64,000 nt of DNA. It comes from Eledone cirrhosa (lineage: Eukaryota). Below are positions 1 to 14,159 of the stretch, piece by piece. The DNA lies in contig OZ024742.1 of NCBI GenBank assembly GCA_964016885.1, forward strand, positions 276,210,001-276,274,000, given 5' to 3'. The notes below the pieces were generated by a model. That model searched no databases, had not been told where the DNA came from, and saw nothing but the letters and a program-made list of their open reading frames with translations. Each line of letters begins with the position of its first letter. Within the stretch, counting starts at the first letter, position 1. The position numbers were made by a program, and so were the translations under genes.

Positions 1-270
1 GTGCAGTCTGTGACTAACCCAGGTTCTGCTGCACGTCGGGCTGAGGAGCCCAAACTCTCCAAGTACCGATCGCTCTCTGATAGGTTCGCGGTCGTGCCTT
101 TGGCAGTGGAGACTTCTGGTATCCTTCGCCCTAGGGCTACCTCCCTACTCACCACGATAGGTGCTGAGTTGGCCAGCCGCAGGTGTGAGCCTTGCGAGCT
201 GGAATGGCTCTTCCAGCTCATCCCCCTTCATCCGGGGAAACGCCTTCTCCATTCTGTCCGCCGGGCTTGG
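1..270 (+). mobile_element. 3' end of a decayed REL-endonuclease non-LTR retrotransposon (CRE-like)
   Basis: Translation K..KY...VVPLAVETSG...WLFQ, then frameshifted IRGNAFSIL, resembles the CRE-type C-terminus. A weaker similar fragment lies at about 57510-57600. Confidence 0.6.
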
Positions 271-555
271 AGAGGCCAGCACATGGGACTCCATTTGCTC
301 ACCATATGGAGAGATGGGGAGGGCGAGAGAGATGGAGGTGATGACAGTGGGAGTTCGGCTCTTCCATGTTCAGACCATATCCTTGTGGTTGTGTTTATCA
401 AGCCCTAGTGCAGTAATGTGATTGAGTTAATCCTAGTTGGTTGTTTAAGATATTGTCTCTAACTTACATTTCCCCTCTTCGCTACAGTCCCTAATATTCT
501 CTTCTGTTTTATAAGTTCTCTTATTATTATTTGCATGTATAAATGTTCTCTCTGT

Positions 556-558
<3 letters not shown>

Positions 559-652
<94 letters not shown>
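559..652. repeat. (TG)n microsatellite
   Basis: Directly visible. Confidence 0.97.
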
Positions 653-653
<1 letters not shown>

Positions 654-1261
654 CTACAACCTCTTTGTATATGTGCGTGATATGTATGTATGTATGCTTA
701 TGTCGTGTTAGTATTTACGCGTATGTGTTTGTATGTGTGTGTTTTTAGATTTATAAATGAGAAAAGAAAGAAAAACAAACCACAAAGTACTCAATACATG
801 TAAAGTTTACTTCTTTATTTAAATTTCAGTCACTGTAGAACGATGGAAATAGGAAAACGGAGAGAGGCGCTATGGCAAGAAGTTTCAGCTTGAGATAAAA
901 GATTTCACGCACGCATACAGACATGCACATGCATACACTCAAAGGAAGTACATAAAAGAGAGATGTTTCTCAATTGAAGGCTACATTTTTAATGAAATTT
1001 TATTAGGGGATAAATTATTATTCATGACGTCTTACTGAGCATAATTGAATATTTCAAAAGTCGTAACCGAAATTAGTGCATCTAAAGGGAGGTAACTACT
1101 AAGAAAATGTTATATAGCAATTAGATATAGGTATCAAATATGTGTTTATCAATTCAAAAAGTGTTATACAGATACAATTAATAATTATGCAAGTTATACG
1201 TATATGGACTGATAGTAATTAAACTCCTACCTACACATTTATACAGATAGAAACAAACACC

Positions 1262-1307
1262 CATACATACATACATACATACATACATACATACATACAT
1301 ACATACA

Positions 1308-1335
<28 letters not shown>
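1262..1335. repeat. (CATA)n microsatellite; a second run lies at about 1790-1830 with a ~450 bp interspersed-repeat-like segment between them
   Basis: Directly visible. Confidence 0.9.
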
Positions 1336-1340
<5 letters not shown>

Positions 1341-1933
1341 GGTGGCTGCCAACTCGTTTTCGAGTACGGCCACTACTTTATATCCATGTAGGAGAACTCC
1401 TACCGATGCGCTGAACGAGTGTGACTTTTTAGTCCAGCCAGCGACTTGAAAACTCTGGTACAAACACTACACTTGTGACAATTATTGACACACAGTGCTG
1501 GGCCCATGGTACCATGTGACGACAAGTGCAGAGAGATCTCCAGATATAAAGCAATGCCTGTGCCGTGAAGCTTTTATAGTGAGCAAAGGCACTGCACAAA
1601 TCCAGTCCCACTCTCTTAACCAAGATGATATTTACCAAAAAGAAGAACACGTCAACATCATTTGATAGCATCAGGGTTGCAGGTGTTATATCAGAGTTTT
1701 CCTTCTCCTAGAATTCTGCCTTGACAAAGGCTAAGGGGTCATCTCTCCCGGTGATTTTGGATGGCCATTGACTCTTAAGAGCTCCTTTGCATACATATAT
1801 ACATACATACATACATACATACATACATACACACACACATATATGTGTGTGTGTAAAAGGTAAACAGAAATAACAAAACAAACGACACAGTACATGGAAG
1901 AAATATATTACTTTAAAGCTTGAAATAGCAGGA

Positions 1934-2016
<83 letters not shown>

Positions 2017-2023
2017 CATGTTA

Positions 2024-3280
2024 CAGGGTGCGGACGTTATTCGAGGACAGATTTATGGTTTTAAAAAAACGCTTATGTAACAGAAAAAAACTGTATTCTT
2101 ATAAAAATAACAAACATAAAGATAAATTATCAATTTAATAATTTCATTCAATAAAACTACCATAAGCATCAATAACTACCTCTACGTGTGGTTGAAATCG
2201 TTTACAAGCTCGGATTAAGTGGTCCTTGTTCATATCGGACAGACTCGAACTATTGCGGCTTTCAAAGAATATTTGGTGCTTTGGGGGTGTTCATTGAAAT
2301 TTTTTTCAAGGATGCTCCATACATAGTAGTCCAGTGGATTGAGATCTGGAGAATTAGGAGGCCAAATGTTGGGGTGATGTGATCATGCAAATTATCGGCC
2401 ATCCATTCTTGTGTCATTTGAGCATTGTGTGATGGTGCAGATCTTGTTAAAATACGTAAGGCCTTCCATTGCATACACTGTTGATCCAAGGCTTAACAAC
2501 TTTATCCAGAACCTCAATATACGCAGCAGCATTCACCCTAAGGCCTTGTGGAAAAAAGTGAGGAGGATCACATGTCCTTCATTGCTAACAACACCCAAAA
2601 CCATGACACTTGCAGGAAACTTTGTGTGCATTACTCTTGGAACCTCAGAAGGGTCTGCACATAGCCATCTGTCATTTCTTCTGTTAATTTTCTGGTCCTG
2701 GTCAAAGTTTTTCTCATCTGAGAAAAAGCAAATCACATCATCTTCTGATGGATTTTTAAGTTTGTTCAAAAGTCTTTTGGATCTGATTAAATGGTTTTCT
2801 TTTGTTTTTTCTGACATGAATTGACATCTCCTCACCACGTAAGATTTGTATATGATGTCTTCATGCACAACATTTCTGATTGTTTTTTCTGACACCAACA
2901 TTTTTTGCAATTGACCTCATTGATTTTCCTGGATTGTCATCAATGTTTTGCTTAACTTCCTGAATAAATTCAAGTGTCCTGATAGAATCAGAGCGTTTGG
3001 GATGTTTTTTTTACGTTTTGATACAGGTAATACACTTCCATCTTCTTTCTCTAACTCACACCGAATCTTGTGAACAAAAGATCTTGCAACTTTCAGAAAA
3101 CGAGAAATTTCTAAATCACTATGCTTAGCCTTCAAAGCAACAATCACAGCATGCCTTTTCATTTCATTAGTAAGCATAGTTATTTTCATTGTTATTTTCT
3201 GAAATAGAAGTTCAATAAAAATTAGCCAAATAAAATAATGACTAAAAATGCATGTGTCCTCAAATACCGTTCGCTCCCTG
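2024..3280 (-). mobile_element. Tc1/mariner superfamily transposon (maT/DD37D-like), complete but frameshifted
   Basis: Imperfect 26-bp TIRs (cagggtgcggacgttattcgaggaca / tgtcctcaaataccgttcgctccctg) and TA on both flanks. Transposase pieces FFSDEKNF, VMVLGVVSNEG and APSH in ORFs 2917-3306, 2533-2910 and 2262-2489. Confidence 0.9.
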
Positions 3281-3689
3281 TATAACAATAACAATAACAA
3301 AGGCAAGTTATTTTACATATTTCATTCATTATTTGTTCGATCATATCGTTTTATATATGGGAGTCTGTCTTCTAATCTTTTTGTCCGCTGTCTTTGTCTT
3401 GTGCGCTCCCTACTTTTGAATATATATATATATATATATATATACACGTATTTATAAATATACACATAGGATGGCAGCCACCCTGTGATCAGGTATGGCT
3501 ATCAAACATCAGCTTGAGTCCTGTGGGTCCTGCAAACGAATATGGCTTTTTTGCCTGCAAGTGTTTTGCACAGAGTTGGCAGATGTGCAACACTCTCGAT
3601 ATAACATTATTAGCCTCTTGAGGCTCATTATGTACTTTAATGTGCCTTTTTGGCCACCAGCAGACCTGCTTTCCTTGTCACAGGTTCTG

Positions 3690-3890
3690 CATATGTATGT
3701 TGTTTCGCTCTTAGTTTATGTACGCTTTGCCGTTTGTGTAAATTATTATTACACATCCATCGGAACATGCATGCTTCATTTCTTTCCAATCTTCGCAAGT
3801 CCTCTGCACACAGCGCCCAGGTTTCACTACCATACAACATTACATTGTAAATCTTCCCTTCATTTTTAGGGAAAGCCTTTTGTAGCAAGC
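3690..3890 (-). mobile_element. RTE LINE fragment
   Basis: [31 protein letters not shown] is nearly identical to the C-terminal part of the RTE at 53664-56807. Confidence 0.85.
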
Positions 3891-4396
3891 AGTAGAGAGA
3901 GGAGGGGAGGGGGAGATGTATGTATGGGTGTTTCTATCTGTATAAATATGAATGTAAGAGTTTAATTACCATTGGTTTATATACGTATAACTTGCATAAT
4001 TATTAATTGTATCCGTATTACACTTTTCGAATCGATAACTACATATTTGATACTTTCGCCAGGTGCTGCTATTAAGTTAGACGTGACCTGGGCCAACACT
4101 TATTGAAACCTAACAAAATCTAAACTATAATAAAGTAAGAAGCACGAGACTGCGTACGGTTTATAATTTTTTATCCCCTTAGTAAGATAAGTTGGATTAC
4201 TTTGAATAAATAATGAATGAATATTACATAATTTATCTACTAAATTTCGTGGCTGTTCCTTAAATATATTTTATTACTTATTTAAAGATTCACTTCTTTA
4301 AAATTTTCAAATGTCAACACTACTTGTTAGCGATCGTTTAAATAAATATTCATATATTTCTGTCACTAATTTTTTCCTAATGTAGTTTATATATAA

Positions 4397-4818
4397 CTAG
4401 CAGTGTGGCCCGGCGTTGCTCGGGATTCTAAACATAGATTGGCATGTTTATCCCTCCTTTCTGAAACAGTTTCGTCGTATGTTCACCAATTGATGCAGAA
4501 GTCCTAATAAAAAGTGAAGTCGCCTTCGCTGAATAGGCAAATCATTTTCCATTAAGATTTTTCAAAAACATGTAATTGCGTTCCCTGTCTTTTTTGTTGT
4601 TGTTTTTGCTGCTGTCGAGCCTCGTGAAATAAATACGTTTGTTTACATTTTGTTATTGTGTATGCAAAAATATCTGTACACGAATATATAATGATATATA
4701 TATATATATATTAAAATAACAGATTAAAGTTTAAGCAAAGAATCGCTGCTTTCACCCTGAACGGAATCTTCTGAAACTAAAAGTGAATGCAGAAGTAAAT
4801 ATTTCGAAAAACGTTACA

Positions 4819-4880
<62 letters not shown>

Positions 4881-5149
4881 TATATATACATATATACACA
4901 CACAGAGATAGCGTCATAAGGTCGTAATGCAGAGATACAGATAGATATTATAAGGGTGCGACGTCGTAGCTATGTATCTATCTAAAAAGACAGACTAAGA
5001 ATTATAGAGATCGCTAAATCGCCTAATGCGATTTGAAATTTTTTTGCTCAAAACACTCACACGACCATAAGTATTACATGTGTAAAGTTTGAAAACAATC
5101 GGTTGGGTGTTTCTCGAGTTTTAGGTAGTCAGACATTTTCTGTTTCAGA
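4397..5149 (-). mobile_element. Non-autonomous Helitron-like element
   Basis: Minus-strand 3' end is a GC hairpin (cccgagcaacgccggg, 4409-4424) followed 8 nt later by CTAG|T. There is an internal (TA)n and a 'aaagtttgaaaacaatcggttg' subterminal motif. The 5' A|TC boundary is tentative. Confidence 0.6.
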
Positions 5150-5596
5150 TATATATCGTCTTTTTTTAATGTATCATGGATTACGTTACTGATTACATAA
5201 TAGAGTGTAACACAGTCTTCGTTCGATTTCTGTGTATATTGTCAATTACGATTTTATTTAATGTATCATATCTACATGCATATATACTTGCGTATATCAA
5301 TATACACACTACACAAGCTAGCAAAAAACCACACGAGGGTGGTTTTTCTGCTAGTATATCGAATTGCTATAGAAAAGGTTCATAGTAGTTACCTCCCTTT
5401 ATATGCTATATTGATAGACAGTGCACCAATTTCGGTTACATTTCAATTATACGATACTGTTCAATATGACGTCATGAATAACGGTTCACCTCCTACTAAT
5501 ATTTCATCTGAAATGTATCGTTCAACCGAGAAACAGAGCTTTTCGTTAATTTTGGTTCTTATTGTTCTTCTGACGATCAATCATACTTGCTAGGTT

Positions 5597-5634
<38 letters not shown>

Positions 5635-5890
5635 GCAGAGAAAACACATATATATATATTTAAAAATAAGCATAGATACATATATGAGTGTGGATCAATG
5701 AATGAATGAATCAAATAAATAATCATTAATCGGAGCTATATAAAATTATAAGTTTGAAGAATAGACAGATAAAATTTACCTAGTTTTTCTTCTTAGTCCA
5801 GAGAAATTAACTAAAGAAATAATCAATTAAATGGAGCTAAGTTTAAAATGTAAGTTAGAAAAATAATAGATAAATGTTTACCAATATTCC

Positions 5891-6460
5891 TCTAGCCCCG
5901 ACTGCCGGCACTTTCGCTTGTGCTATATGGAAATGTATAAGATCGCTGCATTATCGATGAGGTGTCAAGCTTATCAAGAGACTTAGTTACTTCAGTTAGG
6001 AGCGATTTTTTTCGAAAGTGATCGTTGCCAGTAACAAAATCAAAAGGAGTGAAAATGATCACGTGGCTAACAGCCAAGATAGAAGTGTTGTGAAAGGTAG
6101 ACTGGTGGCCAGTAAGTTCATTGTTAAAAGAAGCAGTTAGTTACAGTCTAATTTTACTCAACCGTATGGGAGTTCTCTGACTTAGTTCTAACTCCCATAC
6201 GATTGAGTAAAATTAGGCTGTAACTAGCTGCTTCTTCTAGCAATGAAATTACTGGCTACCAGTCTACCCTTCACAATACTTCTATCTTGACCATTAGCCA
6301 TGTGATAATTTTCATTCCTTTTGAATGTTACAGGCGACGATCGCTTTGGAAAAAAAAATTGGTCCTAACTGAGGGAGTCCCTTGATAAGCTTGGTACATC
6401 ATGGATAATGCAGCCATCTTCCACATAGCACAAGCAAAACTGTCAGCAGTCGGGGCTAGA
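5891..6460. repeat. Long foldback inverted repeat (arms about 5891-6174 and 6190-6460, 15-nt loop), MITE-like
   Basis: Arms align as reverse complements from tctagccccgactg to cagtcggggctaga, with scattered mostly transition mismatches and small indels. Confidence 0.9.
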
Positions 6461-6479
6461 TCACTTCTGATGAGTTAAG

Positions 6480-7520
6480 TAATACCATGTAATCCACAAA
6501 TTCCAGCTGACTGATACTACATGTCAATCCTGATTATGAACCAGAGGTAACAGTATGCACTTTTGGCAGAGCCTGACACCCACATTGAATGGTTTCCCTG
6601 AAACAAATATTAGAGCATTCATACAGACAGCAGGGCAAGAAGAAGCTGTTCATCAATCCCATACTCATGCAGAACTTTCCACAACAGGCCCTGTGGAATG
6701 CAGTCATATGCCTTTTGACAATACTCCCATGATTTCTTAAAAGGTTTGTCGCAGTATGAATACTTGGTCATGTGGTGCTGTGTCGAGGGCATAATCCACA
6801 GTTCATCAGCTAGTCTGGACTCAACAATATTCCTACATCTCTTAGCCAGACACTTAGCATAGACTTTATTGGGGAGGCTTAACAAGGAGATCTCTCTATA
6901 ATTAGAACAATCTCTCGTCTCCCTTTTGTAAAATTGGGATGATCACTCCTAATTACCATAGCTTAGGTGCTTTTCCAGAGATTCAGGCCACCTGCTACAC
7001 GAGTCAAGTCAGCCAGAGAATACTTTTCGATTTAAGGCTTATAACATCTCTGGCCGAATTTCATCCTCCCCAGTGGCCTTGCCATATTTGAGCTCTTTAA
7101 CTGCTCATGTGACCTCAGTCTCTGAGAGGTTAGTTATTGCTCCCAGATGCACCTCGTGTACATCAGAAGATGCTGTTGTGATCGAGTTTAGATTAGCAAA
7201 GTATTTTCTCCAGCTCACAAGGATGCACTGCTTATGAAGTCAGCAGATCTGCCAGAACACTTTATTTGCTGATCTGAAGTCAGATTCCAGCTTAACCCCA
7301 AAGTTTCCCCATGTCTTAATTTTTCCACACCTGCAAGTCCTCCTTACACTTGCAGGTGTGGAAAAATTAAGACATGAAGAGACTTTGGGGGTTAAGCTGG
7401 AATCCGACCAAGCTTTGTAAACCTCTTACTTTGCTTGGATGAACACTTGATTGAATCAAGGGGACCTCCTGCCAACCCAAAGTGTGCCCACCAGCAGCAT
7501 TGAACAGCTGAAGCAGAAAC
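6480..7520 (-). mobile_element. Decayed RTE-clade LINE fragment (RT region)
   Basis: LSLPNKVYAKCL, ...YGIDEQLL remnants. It shares sequence (ctgccagaa..tttgctgatctgaagtc..gattccag) with the fragment at about 40680-40740. Confidence 0.75.
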
Positions 7521-8406
7521 TGCCATATATAATATATATATATATACGTTGATGCAATCTCAGTTACACACTCTTTATTTATACAGATATAACTTTATCA
7601 TATACATCAGCTGCTAGCACACCTCTTATATATATATATATATATATATGTTTCAAATCATTCTGCTTAGGGTGAAAGCAGAAATTCGCTTAAATACACC
7701 ACCACTTTTCCCCTAGCCCACACCTTCCCCACAAAAAAAAGTTAAACAAAAACACAACTTTATTTTATTTTTATTTTTTTTCCTAGATTTTATTTTATTT
7801 TATTTTATTTTTTGTCAATAATATAAGACAAATACTAGAGTCTGTCACCACTTCTTATTTTTTGTGTGTGTGTTAGCCTCATATGTCAAGGTGTTTGGTA
7901 TAGTTCAGAACTGTAAAGAAATCCTATGGATGCAATGATCAATATCTACTGCTGGGAGTGTTACAACTTTGGACTTATATCACTCTCAATACTATCAGCA
8001 GATGAAGCTATTTTTGGTAGCTCAACTTTTTAACAGCAAATATCAGCAGCTCTTGCACACATTGTCTCAGCATACATTAATTAACTAACATATTTATTTT
8101 TCAACTTAACACCACCTTAATTTTATATGTAGGATCATAAAACTGGAAAAAATTTGCTTTTATTTATCAAAACATTATAGCTGGGTCCGAAGGTTAACAC
8201 ATTATCTGCTATGTTTTCTTATTATTCTGAGGGAAAATTAAAATTTTTTCCCTTTTTTTTAACCCTATAAAGTTAACTCTAGTGAGAAGGAATACTTAAG
8301 AAGAAATGATTAATGGTTGTTATTTGCCAAGAATGTGACCAAAGCAAATATAAAGCCAGTGTCCTTGCAGTAGCACAACAGTGCTAACAAATGAACATTT
8401 GAAATA

Positions 8407-9682
8407 ATAGGTTGGATACAAAGTACTGTCACATTTTAGACATAATGACTTTGAAGAGTTTTTCAATGACTGCAATATAAACTTTTCATTTTTTTGTTAT
8501 AATGCTTTTGTTTTGTTATTTTTTTTAAATTAATTTAATGTTATATTGCTTAATATTATGCAATTTGACCCCTCCAGAATGCATGCTGATCAGACACATA
8601 TAAGACATTGTATGTTGTATGAATACAAAAAAGGTTTCTCAGCAACAGACACGGTAAGGAATATTCATTCAGCCTATAAAAATGAAGTCCAACTGTCCAT
8701 ACAGGCCAACGATGGTTTAAACAATTTCAATCAGGAAATTTTTCCCCTCAGTGATTCCTCTCGATCAGGGCGACCAAGTTCTCTCAATCTCCAGCTTTTA
8801 TGGAACATGGTGGAAGGAAATCCTCAGTAAACTGCACGCGAATTGGCAAAAGTGTTCAATACATATCACAGGATTATTTTAAAGCATCTGCACGAACTGG
8901 GAAAGGTGTCTAAACTTGGCCAGTGGGTGCCATATAATCTGACTGCTACTCAACTTGATCAAAGAGTTGCCCTTTACTTTTCATTAAAGAGTAGACTTGC
9001 TAATGACCCCTTTATAGGTCGAATAGTAACCAGTGATGAAAAGTGGGTACTGTACAATAATATCCAAAGAAAACAACAATGGTTATCACCCAATGAAAAG
9101 GGGGAAACCATACCCAAACAAGGACTACACCCAGAAAAAGTTATGCTGTGTTTGGTGAGATATGGAGGGTGTTGTCTATTGAGTAGTGTTGAATTCAGGT
9201 GAGACAATTAATGCTGATAAGTATTGTCACCAACTGGAATCATTACATCAACATTTGCAAAAACAGTGACTAGCATTAGCAAATTGTAATGGTGTGTTGC
9301 TCCTGCATGGTGATGCAAGACAACCTATTGCCCGAATTACACAGAACAAAATTCTTACACTTAATATGGAAGTATTGCTTCATCCTCCTGATGCACCAAA
9401 CCTTTCTTTATCGGATTATCATCTTTTCAAATCATTGTAACATTTTCTAAATAGAAAACAGTTTACCAATCAAGAAGAGGTAAAAATGGACATTGAATCC
9501 TTCTTTGTTTTGCAACCTGAAGAATTTTATTGCTAGAGGGATCAACAACTTGCCAGCCAGGTGGAATTATGTTATTAAAAATGAGGGAAAATATTATCTT
9601 GTTTGAATATATCCATCATAACCAAATAAACATCTTTTCATTTGCTTGTCCAAAATGTGACGGGACTTTGTATCCATCCTAA
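8407..9682 (+). mobile_element. mariner (DD34D-type) transposon, complete but inactivated
   Basis: Imperfect ~36-bp TIRs (taggttggatacaaagtactgtcacatttt / aaaatgtgacgggactttgtatccatccta) with TA flanks. RSGRP, WVPYNL and IVTSDEKWV motifs carry stops and frameshifts. Confidence 0.92.
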
Positions 9683-10068
9683 TATAAGCAACTAATCAGA
9701 GAAAAATGTGCTGAAAGCATATCTTCCAATATTAAATAAAGGATTACATATTTAATAAAAATAAAAAATAAAAAAAAAATAAAATAAGATGATATAAATA
9801 TCAACCTTTTAGTCATCTTATACTATTTTGACTTTAATTGCTTGATATTTGCATTTTTATGACACAAAGAAAAAAAGAACTTATATTAATGTGTTGCCTG
9901 GAACCATGAGTAGCAACAGAGCGAATCATGAGCTTGGAACAAATAAACTCTGCTAGAGGTATAGTATACTCTTTTGAGGTGATTAGCAGTTGTGTACAAA
10001 TGAAAAAAAAAAAAAGAGTACTCAATACAGGCAGGAGAGTTTCTTTGATTAAAACTGATAATTATAAT

Positions 10069-10143
<75 letters not shown>

Positions 10144-13100
10144 AATTTAGATCTGATGTCAAAGCAATTTTTCGATCTTGCTTCCTATAATGATGCCACG
10201 CATGTGGATAATTCATTTTGGAGCACATTTACAGTGATTTGTTCATAGGAAAGTGGCCATCGATATAGAACAAATAGGCTGATAATAATCGAAGAAATTT
10301 AAGAATTCCAACAATTATAAATATATATACATACATATAAATATATACAATTATATGTATACAATTATATATATATATATATATATATATGTGCATGTTT
10401 GTGCATGTATATATACAAGTTTTTTATGGAAGTAATTGAGCTAATTTTCATTTTCCTCACTGCGGTGTGATGCAGTTAAAATAAAAGGTTGTAAAAGAAA
10501 TCCAACTTTCATCAAAGAATCACCCATTACAGACTAACTCTTAAAAATGAGTGAGCTACTGATTTCTTTCTTTTATTTTAAATCAACTGTCTGCAACTAT
10601 TGTAGCTTACAGAAATTATAATGAGATGATTTTTTTTTATGTGAGAAGAATTTGCATATGATCAAATAAAGAGTCAGACTTCCAGATGAAAGGTTCATGA
10701 TTCATATTGATAAGCAAAATACTTCCCTCTCTTTGGCCTGGTACACCTAGTTGTAAACAGGTAGACTTTATTGTTGTAAAGAGAGGTTCATTAGACAGCA
10801 ATTGTGCATTCAGCTTCAATCTAGAGTCCCCAATCATCTTGGTCAGCCTTGACACTGGATCTGGATTATAAGTGTTGCATATGATGGTTGATATGCTAAC
10901 AGTTCATTCCATGAATCTTTCACATCGGAAAACAAAAATTGTTACATAACGATAACTGAGGAAAAGGTGAAAGATGTTTATATGAGATACAATAGATAGG
11001 ATAGTTGGAGATTGTTTCAGGTGGAAATCATTGTAACAAAAATAATATTTCTTCAGTTTGATTATCAGTAATAATATCAGTAATAACTTTCAAAATGAAA
11101 TTGAAATGCTTAAAACATTGTAATATACATGTATTAGTTTTTAAGAAAAAGATGTTTTCATAACATCCTATTATTAGTAATACAAAATAATGATTTCTTT
11201 TGATATTACATGATATTAATCAATTTTATTCATAAAATTTTCCCATAAGTCTAAATGATTAACAATTGTGAAACAAGGAAAAATAAAGAAAATTCCTATC
11301 AAAGAAATAAGGTTACAAAAAAAATGTACATCCATAACTGAAGTCTTTTATAATTAAGATATACTTTATAACAGAGACATGCCTTAAAAATAGCTTGTGT
11401 TCATTTGGGAATAAGATTATAAAGGAACATAAAAAGAGCAGGATCAGATAGAAAACATTTCATGGGATAGCCATTGCTCAATATAGACAAAATAGCACGG
11501 TTAATGATAAAAAATTGATGATTGTAATTAGTTAATTCTATTTGGGGGAATCAATGAGAAATCCTTAAATTACTGTAAAGTTGAAGTTCTAATTTACTGA
11601 CCAAATGGTTAGGAGTTCAAACCTTACTCCAGCCATTGTATTCTGCCCTAGGAAAAGAAGAATCCTGCCTTGATGAAAATAAGATTCATGCTCATTTTAT
11701 AGATGAGTGATTACCAATAAGAAGGGCACTGGATTGTATAAACAATTGTTCCAAATGTATGTAAATATTTACATTTGCAAAAAAAACGAAAACATTATGC
11801 ACTAAATGCTAGTAAAGAAAGAAAAAAAGGAAGGAAGGAGAAAGTGTAAATGAGTGAATGAATGAATGAAATGAAATGGGCATGTTTTAAGGCTTGATAT
11901 CTGAAATACAAAATATTGGAGAGTAAATCATTTGATACGGATTTTAAGGGTGTAATTTTGTAAATAATATACATGCCATGCAAGCACCAACATCTTTTAC
12001 AGTATAACTGCTGTGTTTCATCTGTTACAGAGAAACAGATATAGAGCAGATGCTGTTCTATTAATTTCACTGATATGTTGTTTTACTAGTGTTAAATAAT
12101 TCAAAAGTTACTAGCATTAGTCATGATATGTTTGACTGGGGAAATAGGCCATAAAAAACTGAATTCATTATAAAAACGAGGTAGGGAGCATATATTAAGC
12201 GCCGACACTCAAGGCAACTCAACTGATATGTCTAAGATATTCATACTACTGTTTGAAAAAAAGCAGCTACAATAATCTTGGCCCAGCTATTGATATGTCT
12301 TCATATATGCTTCATGATCTGTAATTACCACCTTAAGAAATACACATATACACTGTATAATCTAACATTATATTATATACATATATATTGTATGCTGTCT
12401 TATTGGATGCAAATATCATTATATACATGTATATGCGTAGGTATACACACACATAGATATATATGTTTTATATATTCTCTATATATGTATTATATACTCT
12501 CATTCACATTGTTGCCAATAGAGTAATCTCCCCTTAATACATAATGCAGTGTCAAGGGAAGCAATTCATTAAAAAAATTCAGCATGCTAAAGATTAATAT
12601 GGTTTTCATTTATAACCATCCACATTAGTTTGAGGTTTTACTATTTTTTTTTTATAATACATTTAATCAGTTTACTTACTACTTAGTTATTTTCAGGAAG
12701 GGTATCCTTTATATTCACAATGAATAAAATCTATAATAGTTAATTATATATTACTAAAATAAAATTACAGCGACTTGGAATTTCTACTGTCAATAAATAG
12801 AAATAAACAATAGTAATAAATAACTTCTTTCTTTAACCAAGAAATGTATGCATGCATGTGTTTAGAGTAAAGTACCTACAAATATGTGTGTAACTTTTAC
12901 TACCTAAACTAAATGTTTCTTAATTTTCCTTTTTGTAGTATTGTTCAAAAGTGTCTCTACTAATTGCTAGATATAGTTACATATTTCATATTGTTAGAGA
13001 GAGAGAGAGAGAGAGAGAGACGGTCACAGAAATCATGAGAGCTAACAAAAAATATTTTTAGAGTTAGAGAGAGAGAGTCACAGCATTCATGAGAGCTAAC

Positions 13101-13798
13101 AAAAAATATTTTTAATATTTTAAAAGATTTCAGATTCAAGCGTCATTAAACATTGCAGCAGAAGTAGAAGTGTTGGTTGTAAAACTACCTTCACGCTATT
13201 TATATATAAATTGATATTTTTGCAAATATAATATACTAACAATGTGATGAAATCCTATGGAATAATTCAAGATATTGTAAATTAAAATAAATTTTTTAAA
13301 TTTAAAATAATCATTTGTCATTACTAAATTCTGCTGATCCAAGCTGCATTAGTTGAAACAGGAGAATAAATAACTGTTTTCACGAAGAAAACTGAAGCAA
13401 TTAAATCATTGATTTATGTTGATTTTTCCATAAATAAAAATAAATACAATTATGATCCATATGGAATACATAATCATAGGGGACACACACACTCGCAGAC
13501 ACACAGACACAGACACACAATCTTGCTAATGTGGTTTATTTACTTTTCAAAATTTTATTTACAAGTCCAAAAGTGAACACAAGCAATCATTATACTGAGG
13601 CTGTAGACAGACCAACTTGCTGCAATGTTAAATCTATGCTCATAGGTTTAATTACAAAGGATGTCCTTCCAGTTAGTGTCTGGATCAATGACAAAACAAG
13701 TTTTCAACTTTCTGAAGTAATGACATGCTAGTTCAAGTCTGTTTTTTTTTTTATCCATTTGTATGCACATGTTCAAAATATAAAAGTCTCCCAGTTTA

Positions 13799-13829
<31 letters not shown>

Positions 13830-14159
13830 TAGAGAATGGGGTAAACAGAACAGGGATGTGCTGATCACATTATGGTCTGTTGGTTGTGAAGCAGATAATA
13901 CATATATATATATAAAAGAAACATCAGCAACAAGTCCCATTCCATCGCTATATCAGAGCTGAGAAAAACAGAAAACAACTCCTGCAAACACAAATTATGT
14001 ACACTACCATGTTTCAACTGATATTTAAGGTGCTAACAAGGGAACAGAGAAAACCTATCAGAGTCCCTATCCCAATGTTGACATTCTCTATGAAACCTTA
14101 GGAGAGGTAATAGGTTTGTTTTCATTTTGTTTGTTTTGTTTTTTGTTTTGTTTTTTCAT

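Noticed and set aside
6467-6500. ctgatgag right after the long palindrome
   Set aside because: No downstream GAAA or stems to complete a hammerhead.
10637-10855. 72-aa minus-strand ORF in a somewhat more complex patch
   Set aside because: No recognisable motif, no ATG start, no convincing splice partners.
12996-13115. ~54-bp tandem duplication next to (GA)n; also a ~100-bp imperfect duplication at about 5715-5890
   Set aside because: Ordinary slippage-type local duplications with no further structure.
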